DNA of 64,000 nt from an uncultured delta proteobacterium (GCA_963760795.1 CAVXEP010000030.1:1-64000); one strand, 5' to 3'. Shown: positions 29,553 through 39,846, numbered from the stretch's first letter. Notes: generated from the sequence alone by a model not told the origin. Numbers and translations: made by a program.

Positions 29553-30111
29553 TATATCCACTGACATGCGCTCGGTGATGCACGCGCTCGAAGAGCAGAC
29601 GGCGCGCGATCAGCCTTCGCTGCGCAGCGTCGACGCCGACGTCGCGCGTGTGCTATCGCTGCTGGCGATGTCGGCGCCGCCCGGCGCTTTTCTCGAACTC
29701 GGCAGCAGCGGCGGCTACTCGAGTCTATGGCTGTCGCTCGCCGCGCAGGTCAAGGGCGTGAAGCTCACCACAGTCGATTTGAGCGAGAATAAAGTCGCCT
29801 TAGCGAAAGAAAATATTTCCCGCGCCGGCGCGGCCAGCTTGGTCGAAGTCCATCATGGCGACGCCTTCGACTTCGCCGGCCGTTCCGAACCGCTGGCGTT
29901 CTGCTTCTCCGACATCGAGCCGCCGGAGCTAAACGCCAAGATCTACGAGCTCGTCGTGCCGCGCCTGGTGACCGGCGGCTGGCTGGTGGTCGACAACGTC
30001 ACGTCGCCGCGCCACCAAAAGCAGTTCATCGAACGCGCCTACAGCGACCCGCGCGTCGACTGCGTGCTCCTGCCCTTTCCCAAGGGCGATATGATCTGCC
30101 GAAAGTGCTGA
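29542..30111 (+). CDS. Class I SAM-dependent methyltransferase (catechol/caffeoyl-CoA O-MT-like)
   Basis: LELGSSGGYSSLW, GDA, GGWLVVDN; overlaps the rSAM stop. Confidence 0.88.
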   Translation: MFHDISTDMRSVMHALEEQTARDQPSLRSVDADVARVLSLLAMSAPPGAFLELGSSGGYSSLWLSLAAQVKGVKLTTVDLSENKVALAKENISRAGAASLVEVHHGDAFDFAGRSEPLAFCFSDIEPPELNAKIYELVVPRLVTGGWLVVDNVTSPRHQKQFIERAYSDPRVDCVLLPFPKGDMICRKC

Positions 30112-30223
30112 AACCAGCGGCAAGAGCGGCCGAGTGTCGAGTTCGGCTAGATGCCAAATACGCCGATTCATTACTACCTAGCTCGACGTCGAAGATTCGG
30201 CCACGGAGAAAATCCCACCTGGA

Positions 30224-31441
30224 GTGGCTATGGAACCATCGCACCGCAGCGGACCATTATCAGGTTATCGTGTGCTTGATTTGGCGGGGCCGCCGGGACT
30301 GCATTGTACTAAGCTCCTGGCCGACATGGGCGCCGACATGATCAAGGTCGAACCGCCCGCGGGCGAGCGGTCACGGCGGATTCCGCCGTTCAAAGACGAT
30401 ATGCCGCATCCGGAAACGAGCCTTTACCATCTCCACTTCAACACCAACAAACGCAGCATCACGCTCGATCTGGAGAGCGCCGACGGCCGGGCGATTTTTC
30501 TCCAACTGGCGGGCAATGCCGACGTTGTCATCGAAACCTATTCACCCAAGCAATCGGATAGGCTCGGCTTGAACTACGCGCAGTTGAGCGCCGTCAATCC
30601 CAGGCTTGTCGTCGCCTCCATCACCGCGTTTGGCCGGTCGGGTCCATGGCGCGATTACAAAGCCGATGATATCGCCGCCATCGCCCTCGGCAATTTGTTG
30701 TACATCGCCGGTGAGCAGGGTAAACCGCCGATTCAACCCGCGGGCGAGCTTGCCTATGGCATGGCATCGACCTACGGCGCGTTGGGCATCGCGGTTGCCC
30801 TCTATCACCGAGTGGCGAGCGGCCGCGGCCAGCATATCGACGTGTCCATGCACGAATGCGCAGCGCACATCGCCGGCTACGCCATCCCCCATTATAGCGC
30901 CAGCGGAGCGAAACCGGCGCGCGCGAAACGAAACGGCGGAGAGGCGGATCTCTACGATCCCTTCGCCGTCAAAGACGGCTATGTGCGATTTTTCATTGTC
31001 GCCCGGGAACAATGGCGCCGCCTGGTGGAATGGATGGGGCGACCCCCATCGATTTCAGGTCCCGAGTTCGAGAAGACCACCTATCGGCGCCAACACCCGG
31101 CCATCGTTCAGTCCGCGATCGCGGAATTTTGCCGCGGCTTTACCAAGGAGCAAATGTACGAGGAAGGGCAAAAGCGGCGCATCAGCGTCACTCCGATCAA
31201 CACGGCCGGAGAGTTCATGGAGAGCTCTCAGACCAAGGCGCGCCAGCTTTTTGTTGAACTGAATCACCCGGTGGTCGGCAAATATCAGGAATTCGCCGGC
31301 GTGCCGCGACTCACAGAATGCCCGGGCTCGATCCATCGGCCGGCGCCGCTGCTCGGCGAGCACAACCAGGAAATCCTTTGTGGCGAGCTAGGGTTGTCCA
31401 GTGAAGATCTAATTGGCTTGCGCGCTGCAGGAGTTATTTGA
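30224..31441 (+). CDS. CoA-transferase family III (CaiB/BaiF), subunit lacking the usual catalytic Asp
   Basis: LSGYRVLDL, LADMGADMIKVEPP, NTNKRSITLDL, APLLGEH. Confidence 0.92.
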   Translation: MAMEPSHRSGPLSGYRVLDLAGPPGLHCTKLLADMGADMIKVEPPAGERSRRIPPFKDDMPHPETSLYHLHFNTNKRSITLDLESADGRAIFLQLAGNADVVIETYSPKQSDRLGLNYAQLSAVNPRLVVASITAFGRSGPWRDYKADDIAAIALGNLLYIAGEQGKPPIQPAGELAYGMASTYGALGIAVALYHRVASGRGQHIDVSMHECAAHIAGYAIPHYSASGAKPARAKRNGGEADLYDPFAVKDGYVRFFIVAREQWRRLVEWMGRPPSISGPEFEKTTYRRQHPAIVQSAIAEFCRGFTKEQMYEEGQKRRISVTPINTAGEFMESSQTKARQLFVELNHPVVGKYQEFAGVPRLTECPGSIHRPAPLLGEHNQEILCGELGLSSEDLIGLRAAGVI

Positions 31442-31448
31442 CGACAAA

Positions 31449-31521
31449 TTGGAGTGCTGGAGTACTGGAGTGATGGGGTTCCGAAAACCCAATGCTCCAT
31501 TACTCCACCACTCCATCACTC
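31449..31521. repeat. Inverted repeat built from 8-bp TGGAGTNN units (REP-like hairpin)
   Basis: TGGAGTGC-TGGAGTAC-TGGAGTGA ... TGCTCCA-TTACTCCA-CCACTCCA-TCACTCC. Confidence 0.75.
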
Positions 31522-31539
31522 CCGCATTTTGGAGACCTT

Positions 31540-32751
31540 ATGAGCAACCTACCCCTTGAAGCCATTCGCGTTGTCGAGTTGACCACGGGAGCCGCGGGTC
31601 CCACGGTGGGTCGGGTGCTGTGCGAGTTCGGCGCCGAAGTCATCCGTTGCGAGACCCGCTTGCGCGGCGACGGCCACCGCGGCGAGGATCCCAAACTGTG
31701 GAACAAGAAACCGGACTTTGTGAAACTCCAGCGCGGCAAGAAATCCTTCACCGTGAATATGCAAACCGCCAAAGGGCGCGAACTGGTTAAACGATTGGTG
31801 CAAAAGTCCGATGTCCTCATCGAAAACTTCGGCCTGGGCATCTTGGAAAAGTGGGGGCTCGATTATCCTCAGCTCCAGGAACTCAACCCGTCGTGCATTC
31901 TGATTCGCGTCAAAGGCATGGGCTGCACCGGCCCCCACGCCACCGACCTCACCTATGGCCCGAATGTGATCAACAACATGGGCGCTACCTATTTGTGGAA
32001 CTATCCCGACGCGACGACAGCCACCGCAGAGCCAAGAACCCAGCACCCGGATTTCATGGGCGGTGTCGCCGGCGCGTTCGGAGTCGTTGCCGCCTTGCTC
32101 CAGCGCACGGTGACGGGCCGCGGCGACATGATCGATAACGCGCAGCTGGAAATCGGCGCCTCGCTTCTCGGACCCAAATATATGGAATACTCCGTGAACC
32201 AGCGCGACCCCAGACCCCAGGGGAATCGCAGCTTGATCGCGGCGCCCTACGGAGCGTACCCATGCCAAGGTACAGACCGTTGGTGCGTGATCTCGGTCTA
32301 CACGCAAGCTGAATGGGAAAGTTTTACCGGTGTAGTGCTGAAAAAATCTGGAGCCAAGCCCGCTGCCAAGTTTGCCACCCACCTGGGGCGGTTGCGGCAC
32401 CGGGAAGAATTGGACCAGTGGGTCACCCAATGGACCGTGCAACAGGATCCTTACGCCATTATGGAAAGTCTACAAAGCGTCGGCGTGTGCGCCGCCGTCG
32501 TTCAAGAGGTGGAAGATCAATTCAAACGCGACCGGCAATATGCCGCGACCGGATTCTTGGTCGAAATGACCGAACCTGAAGCCGGCAACATCACCACCGA
32601 GAATGTCCCTCTACGTCTTTCCGAGACGCCCGGTGAGGTGCGCGGCCTCGCGCCGTTAATGGGCCAACACACCTACGAAATAGCGCGAGATTTATTGGGT
32701 CTGGCGGACGACGAGATCAAGCAGCTCGAGGCGGAACAAGTTTTGTACTAG
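31540..32751 (+). CDS. CoA-transferase family III (CaiB/BaiF)
   Basis: LEAIRVVEL, GAEVIRCE, RGKKS, SDVLIENF, HPDFMGG (Asp present), APLMGQH; GGAG RBS. Confidence 0.92.
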   Translation: MSNLPLEAIRVVELTTGAAGPTVGRVLCEFGAEVIRCETRLRGDGHRGEDPKLWNKKPDFVKLQRGKKSFTVNMQTAKGRELVKRLVQKSDVLIENFGLGILEKWGLDYPQLQELNPSCILIRVKGMGCTGPHATDLTYGPNVINNMGATYLWNYPDATTATAEPRTQHPDFMGGVAGAFGVVAALLQRTVTGRGDMIDNAQLEIGASLLGPKYMEYSVNQRDPRPQGNRSLIAAPYGAYPCQGTDRWCVISVYTQAEWESFTGVVLKKSGAKPAAKFATHLGRLRHREELDQWVTQWTVQQDPYAIMESLQSVGVCAAVVQEVEDQFKRDRQYAATGFLVEMTEPEAGNITTENVPLRLSETPGEVRGLAPLMGQHTYEIARDLLGLADDEIKQLEAEQVLY

Positions 32752-33018
32752 GCCGCCCTCGGCTCTCTGAGCAATGGTTTGCTTAGATCAGGATAGTTTT
32801 CAATGATTCATGTTTCATCACGCAAGATGAAATTCCTGCTAATCGCTCGGGTGCATTTTGCCGGCTTGCCGTACGGTGTCAAAGACTCGCCCCTTTAGTT
32901 CTTATTCCCATCACATAGAATAGGTGGCGGTGACATAAACTTGTGTCACCGCCCATTCGTCTAAGCAGATTGCCACTCTGGAACTGCGACGCGATGGCTC
33001 AGTAACAAGAGAATAACC

Positions 33019-35364
33019 GTGGCTGAAAAACCGTCTCCTACAGGACGACTTAGACGCTTCTACCATCGGCTGCCTGCCAACGTCCGGGCGGCCCTCGATC
33101 CTAACCTAAGCATTCGCGCCAGGCTGCTTCATGGGACCAAGGCACTGGCTTTATTGGGCGGTCTCGGACTGACCCTGTTGTTGGTTTACGGCGTGGTTTT
33201 GATACCGTTCACGCCGAGTATCGCCGATCTACAACGAGCCAAGATCGACCAACCCAGCGTGCTGATTTCCGCCGACGGCCGGCGTCTCGCGACGCTTAAA
33301 CCAATGAACCGCGAGTGGGTTCGGTTAAATCAAATCTCTCCCCACGTGATCACGGCCTTGATCGCCACCGAAGACCACCGCTTCTATAACCATTACGGCG
33401 TCGATCTGCTGCGCGTCGTGAGCGGAATCCTGCGCACAATGATCGGTGATCCGCAGGGCGGTTCCACGATCACCCAGCAACTCGCGCGCAATTTGTATCC
33501 GGAGGGAATTGGCCGCCAACGCACCGTCACAAGAAAATTAAAAGAGACCATCACCGCGATCAAGATCGAGTTCGCCTATAGCAAACAAGAAATCCTTGAA
33601 ACCTATCTCAATACCATGCCTTTTTTGTACAACGCCTTCGGCATCGAAATGGCTGCGCGCACCTACTTCGACAAGCCGGCGCGAAAGCTCGATGTCGCCG
33701 AGAGCGCGACGCTGATCGCCATGTTAAAAGGCACCGCCTATTACAACCCGGTGCTCAATCCGGAACGCTCGCTCAAGCGCCGTAACGTCGTGTTGGGGCA
33801 AATGGTCAAGCGCGGCGTCTTGAGCGAGGCCGAATTCAATCGGCAAAAACTCCGCCCCATACGCCTCGATTTCGAACGCCAGCCGGAAGCCCTCGGCTCC
33901 ATCCCGCATCTCGCCATGCAGATTCGCAAATGGTTGATCGATTGGGCGGACCGCAACGACAAGAATATTTATACCGACGGCCTGATCGTCCACACCACCG
34001 TCGACTCGCGACTGCAGGCGCTTGCCAACCAAGCGGTAAATCGCCAGATGGAAACTTTGCAAGCGGTCGCCGACGTGGAGTGGGGTATGAGCTCGAACCA
34101 ATTGTTATCGACGGAAGTGAACACCTACGTCCAGCAGAGGCGGCGCGTGCAGCCGTTCGGTTATTTTTGGAAAACTCAATCCGCCTTGTTCGATTCCTTT
34201 ATCCGCGAAAGCCCGGCTTATCGCCGCGCGCTGGAGGCCGGGACGAAGCCTGAAGCTGCATTGGCCCAGTTGAAAACCGACAAGGAATTCCTGGGCAAGC
34301 TGCGCGCCGAGAAGAGCCGCTTACAGGCGGGTTTCGTCGCCATCGATCCGGCCAGCGGTCACGTCAAGGCGTGGGTCGGCAGCCGTGACTTCAGGACCGA
34401 TCAATTCGATCATGTCGTGCAAGCCAGACGGCAACCGGGCTCGACCTTCAAACCGTTCGTTTACGGCGCCGCCATCGAGCAGGGAATGTCGCCCGATAAG
34501 CGCTTCGTCGACCGCGCTGTGGAAATCTCCCTGCCCGGCGGCAAGGTGTGGCGCCCCGCAGATGCCACGGCGCCGACCGGCCGATCGATGACCGCGCGCG
34601 AAGGTCTGATCTTCTCGAAGAACACCATCACCGCCCAGGTCATGCAGGAGATCGGCCCGAGAAAAACCGCCCAACTGGCGCGATTGATGGGGATTACCCA
34701 GAGTAAACTCGAGGAGGTCCCGGCGTTGGCGCTCGGCACCAGCCCGGTTACCCTGCTGGAAATGGTTTCCGCATACAGCACCCTGGCCGCCGGCGGTCAA
34801 TATCGACCGCCGATTTTTGTCAGTCGTATCACCGACAAGAACGGCAACGAGCTGGTCAGCTTTGCCAGCGAAACCCAGCGCGTTCTTTCGGACAAGAGCG
34901 CCGGCGAACTGATCAACATACTGCGCGACGCCGTCGACCAGGGCACCGGGCAACCGGTGCGCGCCCAGTTCGGCCTGCGCGCCGACGTTGCCGGTAAGAC
35001 CGGCACCACTCAAGACAATACCGACGGCTGGTTCATCTTGATGCATGCGCGGCTCGTCGCCGGCTCATGGGTCGGCTTCAACGACTCGCGCATCACCATG
35101 CGCAGCGACTACTGGGGCCAGGGCGCGCATAACGCCTTGCTGCTGGTGGGCGATTTCTTTCAGCACACGCTCGACAGCCAATTCGTCGCCGCCGCCTCCC
35201 GCTTCCCCTATGAAAGGCCGTACCAAACTGTCTGGGATCCAGTCATCGACAGCGCGAAAGATTGGTTGGGCGGCATCCTTAGAGATTGGGGATTTGGCGA
35301 TAGAACCACCCCGGCGCCGGCGCCCCAGCGCCGTGAACGCGACCTCGATTCAACGCGAGATTGA
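33019..35364 (+). CDS. Class A penicillin-binding protein (PBP1A family)
   Basis: EDHRFY, GGSTITQQLARN, RKLKE; transpeptidase STFK, SKN, KTG. Confidence 0.95.
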   Translation: MAEKPSPTGRLRRFYHRLPANVRAALDPNLSIRARLLHGTKALALLGGLGLTLLLVYGVVLIPFTPSIADLQRAKIDQPSVLISADGRRLATLKPMNREWVRLNQISPHVITALIATEDHRFYNHYGVDLLRVVSGILRTMIGDPQGGSTITQQLARNLYPEGIGRQRTVTRKLKETITAIKIEFAYSKQEILETYLNTMPFLYNAFGIEMAARTYFDKPARKLDVAESATLIAMLKGTAYYNPVLNPERSLKRRNVVLGQMVKRGVLSEAEFNRQKLRPIRLDFERQPEALGSIPHLAMQIRKWLIDWADRNDKNIYTDGLIVHTTVDSRLQALANQAVNRQMETLQAVADVEWGMSSNQLLSTEVNTYVQQRRRVQPFGYFWKTQSALFDSFIRESPAYRRALEAGTKPEAALAQLKTDKEFLGKLRAEKSRLQAGFVAIDPASGHVKAWVGSRDFRTDQFDHVVQARRQPGSTFKPFVYGAAIEQGMSPDKRFVDRAVEISLPGGKVWRPADATAPTGRSMTAREGLIFSKNTITAQVMQEIGPRKTAQLARLMGITQSKLEEVPALALGTSPVTLLEMVSAYSTLAAGGQYRPPIFVSRITDKNGNELVSFASETQRVLSDKSAGELINILRDAVDQGTGQPVRAQFGLRADVAGKTGTTQDNTDGWFILMHARLVAGSWVGFNDSRITMRSDYWGQGAHNALLLVGDFFQHTLDSQFVAAASRFPYERPYQTVWDPVIDSAKDWLGGILRDWGFGDRTTPAPAPQRRERDLDSTRD

Positions 35365-35547
35365 GTCGTGGGTCCGCGTCGGCGTCATGAGCCAGAGCGG
35401 ATTGATCGGACGGATTTACAGATTATCAGGATAAATAATCGAACCACCGCCATTCGTGCGACCGAGCCTAATTCGCAGCCCCGAGGCTTTTGACACCCGT
35501 GAACGCCGAGAGCTGGCGCAATGCTCCCGGCGCCGCAACCGCAATAA

Positions 35548-36594
35548 TCAAAGACTATACAGCGCTTGGGCATTACTCCCCAAGATCTTATCAATGGAAG
35601 TTCCCGATATTTTTCCATCGGCTTTAAGTTTGCGCATGGCGTTGAGTTCAGATGACGTATCGTTGTGGCCGTAGTCCGTTCCCAGGACCAGATGGTCATC
35701 CCCCACATGGTCGAGGATATAGGGCAAATCGTCACTGGTTTGGCACGCCACATAGATTTGATTCTCGCGTAACAGCGCCGCCGCCGGCCACCGTTTCTTT
35801 TGCCGGACATAGCCGATCTCCAAATGATTCATCACGTAGGGCAGCCACTCGGCGCTGACTTCGACAAAGGCCCACCTTAGATCGGGAAATTTTAGCGGTA
35901 ACTCCGATGTGATCAGGCTGCCAAAAAGATTCACCGGACCGAATTTGAACTGTCCCAGGCTGGCACCGCGGCCAAAGATATCGAACATGTCGAGATTTCC
36001 CGCCGATGCATGGACACAGATGGGCATGCTCAGGCGGCTGGCTTCTTGATAGATTGGATAAAAATACGGATCGGTGGGCAGCTTGTCGCCTTCGACGCCG
36101 CGGATGAAAACGCCGCAGGCGCCGTTGGTTTTTGCTAAATTCAACTCTTCGAGCGCCTTGTCTAAATAACCAAGCGGCGGCATCACCACCCAGCGCAAGC
36201 GGCCGTTACCGGCACGCCAAATCTCCGCCATCCAGCGGTTGTAGCTCTTACACAATGCGGTATCGACATGGGGCAGGGTCGTCAGTGCTCTCAAGAAAAG
36301 ACTCGGATAGAGCACCTGAACATCGATGCCGAGCGCATCCATGTGGGTCAGCCGAGCCTTGATATTTTCCATCTCTCGGCTTTCCCGCGGGGTATCGTGG
36401 CCAATGTTGCGTCCTTTGGCGAATACCCGGCCGCCGATCTTCCAAAACTCATCGGTGCCGCTTTTACCCGAGCCATCGCCTCCGTAATCTTTGAATACCA
36501 TCACCCGTGGAGCGAACTGCCGCTCCGCTTCATCGAGAAAATCCCAGGTCCGTTCCGACTCGACCACATGCGCGTCCGCGTCGATGATTGCCAT
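35548..36594 (-). CDS. Amidohydrolase_2-family protein
   Basis: IDADAH, GIDVQVLYP, PICVH, FVE, GTDYGHND. Confidence 0.9.
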   Translation of the reverse strand: MAIIDADAHVVESERTWDFLDEAERQFAPRVMVFKDYGGDGSGKSGTDEFWKIGGRVFAKGRNIGHDTPRESREMENIKARLTHMDALGIDVQVLYPSLFLRALTTLPHVDTALCKSYNRWMAEIWRAGNGRLRWVVMPPLGYLDKALEELNLAKTNGACGVFIRGVEGDKLPTDPYFYPIYQEASRLSMPICVHASAGNLDMFDIFGRGASLGQFKFGPVNLFGSLITSELPLKFPDLRWAFVEVSAEWLPYVMNHLEIGYVRQKKRWPAAALLRENQIYVACQTSDDLPYILDHVGDDHLVLGTDYGHNDTSSELNAMRKLKADGKISGTSIDKILGSNAQALYSL

Positions 36595-36780
36595 AATTCC
36601 TCCTTAACAGCTGCGGTTCTTCCTGACTTTTGGGGATGGTCGTCCCCCGCCCCAGCGACGATTGAGTCTCAAACTCCCCGACCGTTGCGACTCACCACAG
36701 CCACTCCAATCGCGCTCAACCGCTTGTCCAGAACGGGTGGAGTCAAGCTGACTATAGATGAATAGCCTTCAGCCCACGGC

Positions 36781-36812
36781 GGCTTCCGAGAATTTGTCAA
36801 TTCTCGGAAGCC
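36781..36812. terminator. Hairpin GGCTTCCGAGAATT/AATTCTCGGAAGCC
   Basis: Perfect 14-bp stem between RidA and amidohydrolase. Confidence 0.55.
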
Positions 36813-36875
36813 AAGCCAAAATCATCGGGCTGATCGTTCCGTAATCGCCAGCGCCGGCGTCACCATCGAAACGAG

Positions 36876-37268
36876 TCAAGAGATCACGGCAATCGCGTTG
36901 ATCTCCAACAACAACTCCGGCCGCGCTAGCGCCACCACCTGCACCATCGTGCTGGTCGGGAAGTTTGCGCCCAACACTTCACGGCGCGCCTCGTTGATGT
37001 CGCGGTGATAACGCACTTCCGTGGAGAACACATTCATGGCCACGATATCCTGCATCGTGCCGCCGGCGGCTTCGACGGCGAGCTTTATCTTGCCGAGCAC
37101 GGCGCGCGTCTGCGCGCCTGGGTCGCCGACACCGACGACTTTGCCTTCGTGATCCGAAGCCGTTTGCCCGGCGATGAAGACCATGCGGCCGGGTTGGGCG
37201 ATGTTAACTAACGCATAACTCCCGCGCGGCACGGGCAGTCCGTCCGGATTGAGTGTCGTCTTTGCCAT
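36876..37268 (-). CDS. RidA/YjgF/UK114-family protein
   Basis: VFIAGQ, AQTRAVL, FPTSTMVQVVALARPELLLEI; GAGGAGG RBS. Confidence 0.9.
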   Translation of the reverse strand: MAKTTLNPDGLPVPRGSYALVNIAQPGRMVFIAGQTASDHEGKVVGVGDPGAQTRAVLGKIKLAVEAAGGTMQDIVAMNVFSTEVRYHRDINEARREVLGANFPTSTMVQVVALARPELLLEINAIAVIS

Positions 37269-37557
37269 GGAATAGTCCTCCTCATTCACGATTAGATTTC
37301 AGGCTTACTCATACTCCAAAAAGCCAGCCGAGCGATAGCGGCGCCAATGGGCAGGCTTGCGCCTCCTGGCAGGGCGGCGTCGATGCCGAGCGCTTCAAGG
37401 AAAAATCGTTGCGCCAATCGGGTTGGCCATGTATATCTCCCTCGTCATTGCCTATGTGGCGGTGAATACAGGCCGGGCGGCGGCGGGCGCAGGGCGCCGA
37501 CCGGTACGCAATGAAACAGGAATCTGTTGCCCGCCAAGCTGAAAGGAAAACGAAAAC

Positions 37558-38220
37558 ATGAACGACGAATCGAATAACGCGGTCAAAAGCGATTTCATCA
37601 CGGCGCTGCGGATTATCTATCGTGAAGGACTGAGCGACGCCTTCGCCCATTTGAGCGCGCGCAGCAACGACGGCAACGAGATGATGTTCATGCCGCGCAA
37701 GAGTCCGGCCCTGGTGCAACGCGACGAGTTGTTTTTCGTCGACTTCGACAAACCCGTGCCGCAGTCTTCCTTGCACCAGGCGATTTATAAAGCCCGTGCC
37801 GACGTCAAGGCGGTCTTCCATTTTCATTCGCCGGCTGTGGTGCTGCTCAGCGTCATCGGCCAAACCATTCGCCCGATGCACAACTACAGCGCGATTTTTT
37901 ACCAGGGCGTGCCGCTCTACACCGGCACGGGGCAGGTTGAATCGCCGGCCCGGGCCGGGGAAATGGCCAAGTTGCTCGGCGATGCCAAGGCGCTGATGTT
38001 GCGCGGCCACGGCGCCGTCGTCGTCGGCCAGTCGATCCGCGAAGTTTGCATGCTGGGATTGTTTTTAGAAGAGTCGGCGCGGCTGCAAGCCGAAGCGATG
38101 CGGCTCGGCACACCCATGTTCATGGAGCGCGACGAGGCCGAAAAGATCGCCAAACGAACTTTCAAGCCCACTTCCGTGGAACGTGCTTGGGATCACTTCG
38201 CGGTGAAATGCGCGGGGTGA
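37558..38220 (+). CDS. Class II aldolase/adducin-family protein
   Basis: AHLSAR, LHQAIYKARADV, HFHS, LMLRGHG. Confidence 0.9.
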   Translation: MNDESNNAVKSDFITALRIIYREGLSDAFAHLSARSNDGNEMMFMPRKSPALVQRDELFFVDFDKPVPQSSLHQAIYKARADVKAVFHFHSPAVVLLSVIGQTIRPMHNYSAIFYQGVPLYTGTGQVESPARAGEMAKLLGDAKALMLRGHGAVVVGQSIREVCMLGLFLEESARLQAEAMRLGTPMFMERDEAEKIAKRTFKPTSVERAWDHFAVKCAG

Positions 38221-38481
38221 GTTATTTGCGGGAGTTCGTCGGCACTGCGCAAATTAAGCTTGGTGTCCACCCGTGAGGACTCTCTTTGCCGATCCAATCC
38301 TGAGTAAGTGAAGTCCGGCATCCACAAAAAGTCGGGCTGTCAAAGCCTAACCTGGCGCGCTTCCCTTAGCATTCAAAGCGCTTTTTAAAAACACCGCGCA
38401 TAAGCACGATAGCGGTATTTGTCAAGCCACTTGACGCATTAGTGGGCGGTGCTTATTTTCCAACCATCACAAAGGAGGGTC

Positions 38482-38928
38482 ATGAATATGGAACTCGTAA
38501 GATTTGAACCGTTTGCCCGCGTTGGTAACTTTCGCTCTTTAATTTCCGACTTGTTCGAGGATAATTTAGAGCGGTCGTCAGCTCGGCCCAGTGTTCGCCA
38601 GTGGCATCCAGCGGTGGATGTATTGGAGAGCAAGGACGCTTATCTGATTCGCGCAGAGCTTCCTGGAATGAAACGGGAAGACATCAAAGTCGAGGTTAAA
38701 GACGGCAAGCTGGTGCTCAGCGGCGAAACCAAGTCCGAGAAACCGGATGACGGCACTGCGTACCGCCACGTCGAACGGGTCGCGGCAAAGTTCTGGCGCT
38801 CGTTCGCACTGCCCGAGACCGCGAAACCGGATGGCGTCGAAGCTACCTACAAAGACGGCATTCTCGAAATTCGCGTGCCGAAAGCGGAAGAGATCAAACC
38901 GCGGCAAATCGAAATTAACGTGCAGTAA
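38482..38928 (+). CDS. Hsp20/alpha-crystallin protein
   Basis: PAVDVLE, AELPG, F.RSF.LP, ATYKDGILEI; AGGAGG RBS; TTGACG-N17-TATTTT promoter at 38431-38459. Confidence 0.95.
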   Translation: MNMELVRFEPFARVGNFRSLISDLFEDNLERSSARPSVRQWHPAVDVLESKDAYLIRAELPGMKREDIKVEVKDGKLVLSGETKSEKPDDGTAYRHVERVAAKFWRSFALPETAKPDGVEATYKDGILEIRVPKAEEIKPRQIEINVQ

Positions 38929-38947
38929 TTCGCAGTCAAAACCGCAA

Positions 38948-38982
38948 AAAGACAAGGGAGGCGTTTCGCCTCCCTTGTCTTT
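38948..38982 (+). terminator. Intrinsic terminator
   Basis: AAAGACAAGGGAGGCG / CGCCTCCCTTGTCTTT stem. Confidence 0.8.
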
Positions 38983-39145
38983 ACGGCACAATTCCCCGCC
39001 GCTACGCTTCAGCTTCGACCCGACCACAACCCCGCCATCCTGATAGCGTCGTGATCCATCGAACTGTTGCTCGATACGCAGAAGCTCGCTGAGCTGCAAA
39101 AAATTGTTCTGTGATCGTCAGAAATTCGAGTTATGATTAACTCGT

Positions 39146-39658
39146 ATGGATGTCGTTGCTCATGGACTGTGGGGCGGCGCGCTTTTTTATCGGCACGGCC
39201 GCAAGCAGTATTTAGCTGGCGCTGTGCTCGGCATGGCGCCCGATCTATTATCGTTCGGGGTTTTTCACATGACCCAGCCGGGCTGGCTTGCCGAGCGTTT
39301 ACTGGGAAATATCTCCGGACCGCCGGCGCTGGCGTCGCTACCTCCATATGTCTTTCACTCATATAACGTCACTCACAGCTTGATCGTTTGGACGGCGGCC
39401 TTTGGGCTGCTGTGGGCGCTGATCAAGAAACCTCCTTGGCTCCTCACTGCTTGGTTGCTGCATATCGTTTGCGATATTCCCACCCATGTCGCGAGGTATT
39501 TCCCCACGCCATTTCTGTGGCCTTTGCCGACACCCTTCGTCGACGGCGTCCCGTGGTCAACGCCTTGGCTCATGGCGGCCAATTACGCCGCAATGTTCTG
39601 CGTCTATTGCTGGCTTGCCTGGCATTTCCGCAGAACAGGCAGCGGAACTAACGAGTAG
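39146..39658 (+). CDS. Membrane-bound metal-dependent hydrolase (YdjM-like)
   Basis: HGL, APDL, THS, LHIVCDIPTH, P.LWPL. Confidence 0.75.
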   Translation: MDVVAHGLWGGALFYRHGRKQYLAGAVLGMAPDLLSFGVFHMTQPGWLAERLLGNISGPPALASLPPYVFHSYNVTHSLIVWTAAFGLLWALIKKPPWLLTAWLLHIVCDIPTHVARYFPTPFLWPLPTPFVDGVPWSTPWLMAANYAAMFCVYCWLAWHFRRTGSGTNE

Positions 39659-39846
39659 AAAATAGGTCGCTCCTCGCGGCGTCACAAGCCGTTGATTTCG
39701 CACCTATCCTCACGCATCCCCGGCCGCCAATAGCAGATCGCCTAGAGAAAATTTTCCTGACGGGTTGATTTCACGCCGTTTAGTTTAGAAACTTTATGAA
39801 CCACAAGAACCACGCCGAACCGTGGTTTCGATGGAAAGGTGATGTC

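Noticed and set aside
38366-38392. CIRCE element upstream of hsp20
   Set aside because: Only a left half-site (TTAGCATTC) is present, with no matching right arm 9 nt later
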